Assembly (NCBI GenBank): GCA_019057865.1 | Contig: JAHLWP010000011.1 | Coordinates: 1-64,000 of the forward strand | Direction of reading: 5' to 3' | From: Promethearchaeota archaeon | GTDB lineage: Archaea > Asgardarchaeota > Lokiarchaeia > Sigyniarchaeales > SOKP01 | DNA: 64,000 nt | Shown here: piece after piece, positions 62,601 to 64,000 of the stretch | Numbering within the stretch: the stretch's first letter is position 1 | How the letters are laid out: the number at the start of each line of letters is the position of its first letter | Translations under genes and position numbers: made by a program | Notes under the pieces: model-generated | What the model was told of the DNA's origin: nothing | What the model saw: the letters and a program-made list of their open reading frames with translations, nothing else | Database searches by the model: none

Positions 62601-62700
62601 ATCTCTTATCTTTTTTAATTTTTTAATCCATTTATTGTAATATTCAAATTGTATTATTTAGATTCTTATAATCTTTCAGACAATATATTTAAACTTATAT

Positions 62701-63039
62701 TTAGATGACTTTCTTTTCATTAATAGCATTAATAGAAACAATATATTCATCATATAAAGCTTGTAATAACTTGGATTCTTTAGCTTTATTAAATGCTAAA
62801 AGAAAAAGTCGGTTTAATGATTTTTCATTATTGATTTCATAAATATCATCATCAATTCCTAAGTGATCACTATTTTGATCAAGAAAATTACACAAAATGT
62901 ATCTATTTTCTCTTCTCAAATTCACTTTATTCAAGGCTCCAAACATTTTTAAAATTAAAGGTCCTTGATATTTAATTTTCTTATGATTGATTGATTGAAA
63001 GAATTTAAGGTATTCATTTCTTTTTATAGGAACCGACAT
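62701..63039 (-). CDS. Hypothetical protein
   Basis: 112-aa ORF. Confidence 0.6.
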   Translation of the reverse strand: MSVPIKRNEYLKFFQSINHKKIKYQGPLILKMFGALNKVNLRRENRYILCNFLDQNSDHLGIDDDIYEINNEKSLNRLFLLAFNKAKESKLLQALYDEYIVSINAINEKKVI

Positions 63040-63171
63040 AAATAATGAATTTTTAAAATAGTTATTGAAAAGAAGTAATATTAGGATAATATAATATAGA
63101 AATAGTTACAAGATTACTTATTTAGCTTTAAGCTATTGAATTAAAAACAAGTATTAAATTAAAAAAATACT

Positions 63172-63444
63172 TTAAAATGCATATTCAAATCCTTTAAATT
63201 CATTTTTAGACCCTTGCAATTCATAATCAACTTTTTCTACGTGAGCATATTTGGGTCCTTTTTTTGAAAATTCTAATAATTCAAATAACTCATTTTCAGG
63301 ACCTTCTGCTTCAATAAGTACACTCCCATCAGGCATATTTTTAACATATCCAGTTAAACCTAATTTCCGAGCAACTTTTCGAGTGGTATATCGAAAAAAA
63401 ACGCCTTGAACAAGCCCATATACTTTAATTTTAATTCTTTTCAT
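63172..63444 (-). CDS. acyP: Acylphosphatase
   Basis: GLVQGVFFR, GYVKN..DGSV. Confidence 0.93.
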   Translation of the reverse strand: MKRIKIKVYGLVQGVFFRYTTRKVARKLGLTGYVKNMPDGSVLIEAEGPENELFELLEFSKKGPKYAHVEKVDYELQGSKNEFKGFEYAF

Positions 63445-63490
63445 ATAAAAAGCAAATAGATATTTAATTTTTTTAATTTTGTTAACTCAA

Positions 63491-63931
63491 TTATAATTCT
63501 AAGTAGTAGGTATCCTTATTTGGGTTGTATCCTATAACTTTATTTTTAAGCAGAGTTTCAATAACACTCATTAACCACTTGTTACTCGTATGAATGTTTT
63601 TTTTTAATTCACTTAAACTTAAATCTTCATTTATAGCTAAAAGAAACAAGATTTTGCTCTTAACATTTAATTGATTAGAATTTGTGATTTTATTAAATTT
63701 TACTTCAAAATCATATTCTCTTGTTTTTAGATATACAACTTCATTGCTTAGTTTAATGATAACTTCCTCAGTAGTTCGAAAGGCATTTAGACTATAATGA
63801 AACTTACTTTCTAATTGTTCTTTTAGATTCTCTTCCATTACTTCTTTATCAAGTTCTTTGTTAAATTCTTCGAGGAGTTCTAAATAGTCTTTGCCAATAT
63901 CATATTCGGTCAAAACTAAAACAATTATCAT
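63491..63931 (-). CDS. Hypothetical protein with C-terminal winged helix
   Basis: KILFLL...LSLSELKK...L..L.K.KVI......YY. Confidence 0.55.
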   Translation of the reverse strand: MIIVLVLTEYDIGKDYLELLEEFNKELDKEVMEENLKEQLESKFHYSLNAFRTTEEVIIKLSNEVVYLKTREYDFEVKFNKITNSNQLNVKSKILFLLAINEDLSLSELKKNIHTSNKWLMSVIETLLKNKVIGYNPNKDTYYLEL

Positions 63932-64000
63932 TTCTTTGTTTTCATTATAACATGAAACAGAATTCCACTCTCTTTCTTCAGTGATAATATGAGATTCTGT

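Overview
Very AT-rich archaeal chromosomal DNA, almost certainly a Lokiarchaeia (Asgard) genome. The evidence is a Loki-type profilin, three Rab-like small GTPases, two longin-domain proteins, a JAMM/MPN+ protein, eL38, Alba, TBP, a thermosome subunit and a Tat-less reductive dehalogenase. The core is housekeeping (prs, map, aspS, truD, pth2, rpl38e, rpl40e, argS, speB, dys, tbp). It is interrupted by accessory patches: a Type IIG restriction-modification insert (about 15.2-20.8 kb), a decayed patch with gene fragments (about 26.1-30.3 kb) and a TPR-nitrilase gene flanked by a 76-bp direct repeat. Three signals stand out. (1) An unannotated, apparently highly structured ~480-nt non-coding RNA at 11479-11955, with its own TATA box, T-tract terminator, 5'/3' closing helix, + strand G-U wobble pairs and a kink-turn; I cannot match it to RNase P, SRP or tRNA. 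(2) A large 5'-truncated protein with acidic 47-aa repeats, five tandem ~65-aa basic/aromatic repeats and a C-terminal HNH nuclease, followed by a small candidate immunity gene. (3) A secreted rhodanese fused to a 10-Cys halocin-C8-like peptide, with downstream small membrane genes. No tRNA, rRNA, CRISPR array or transposase was recognised. All calls come from reading motifs by eye; no searches or folding programs were run.
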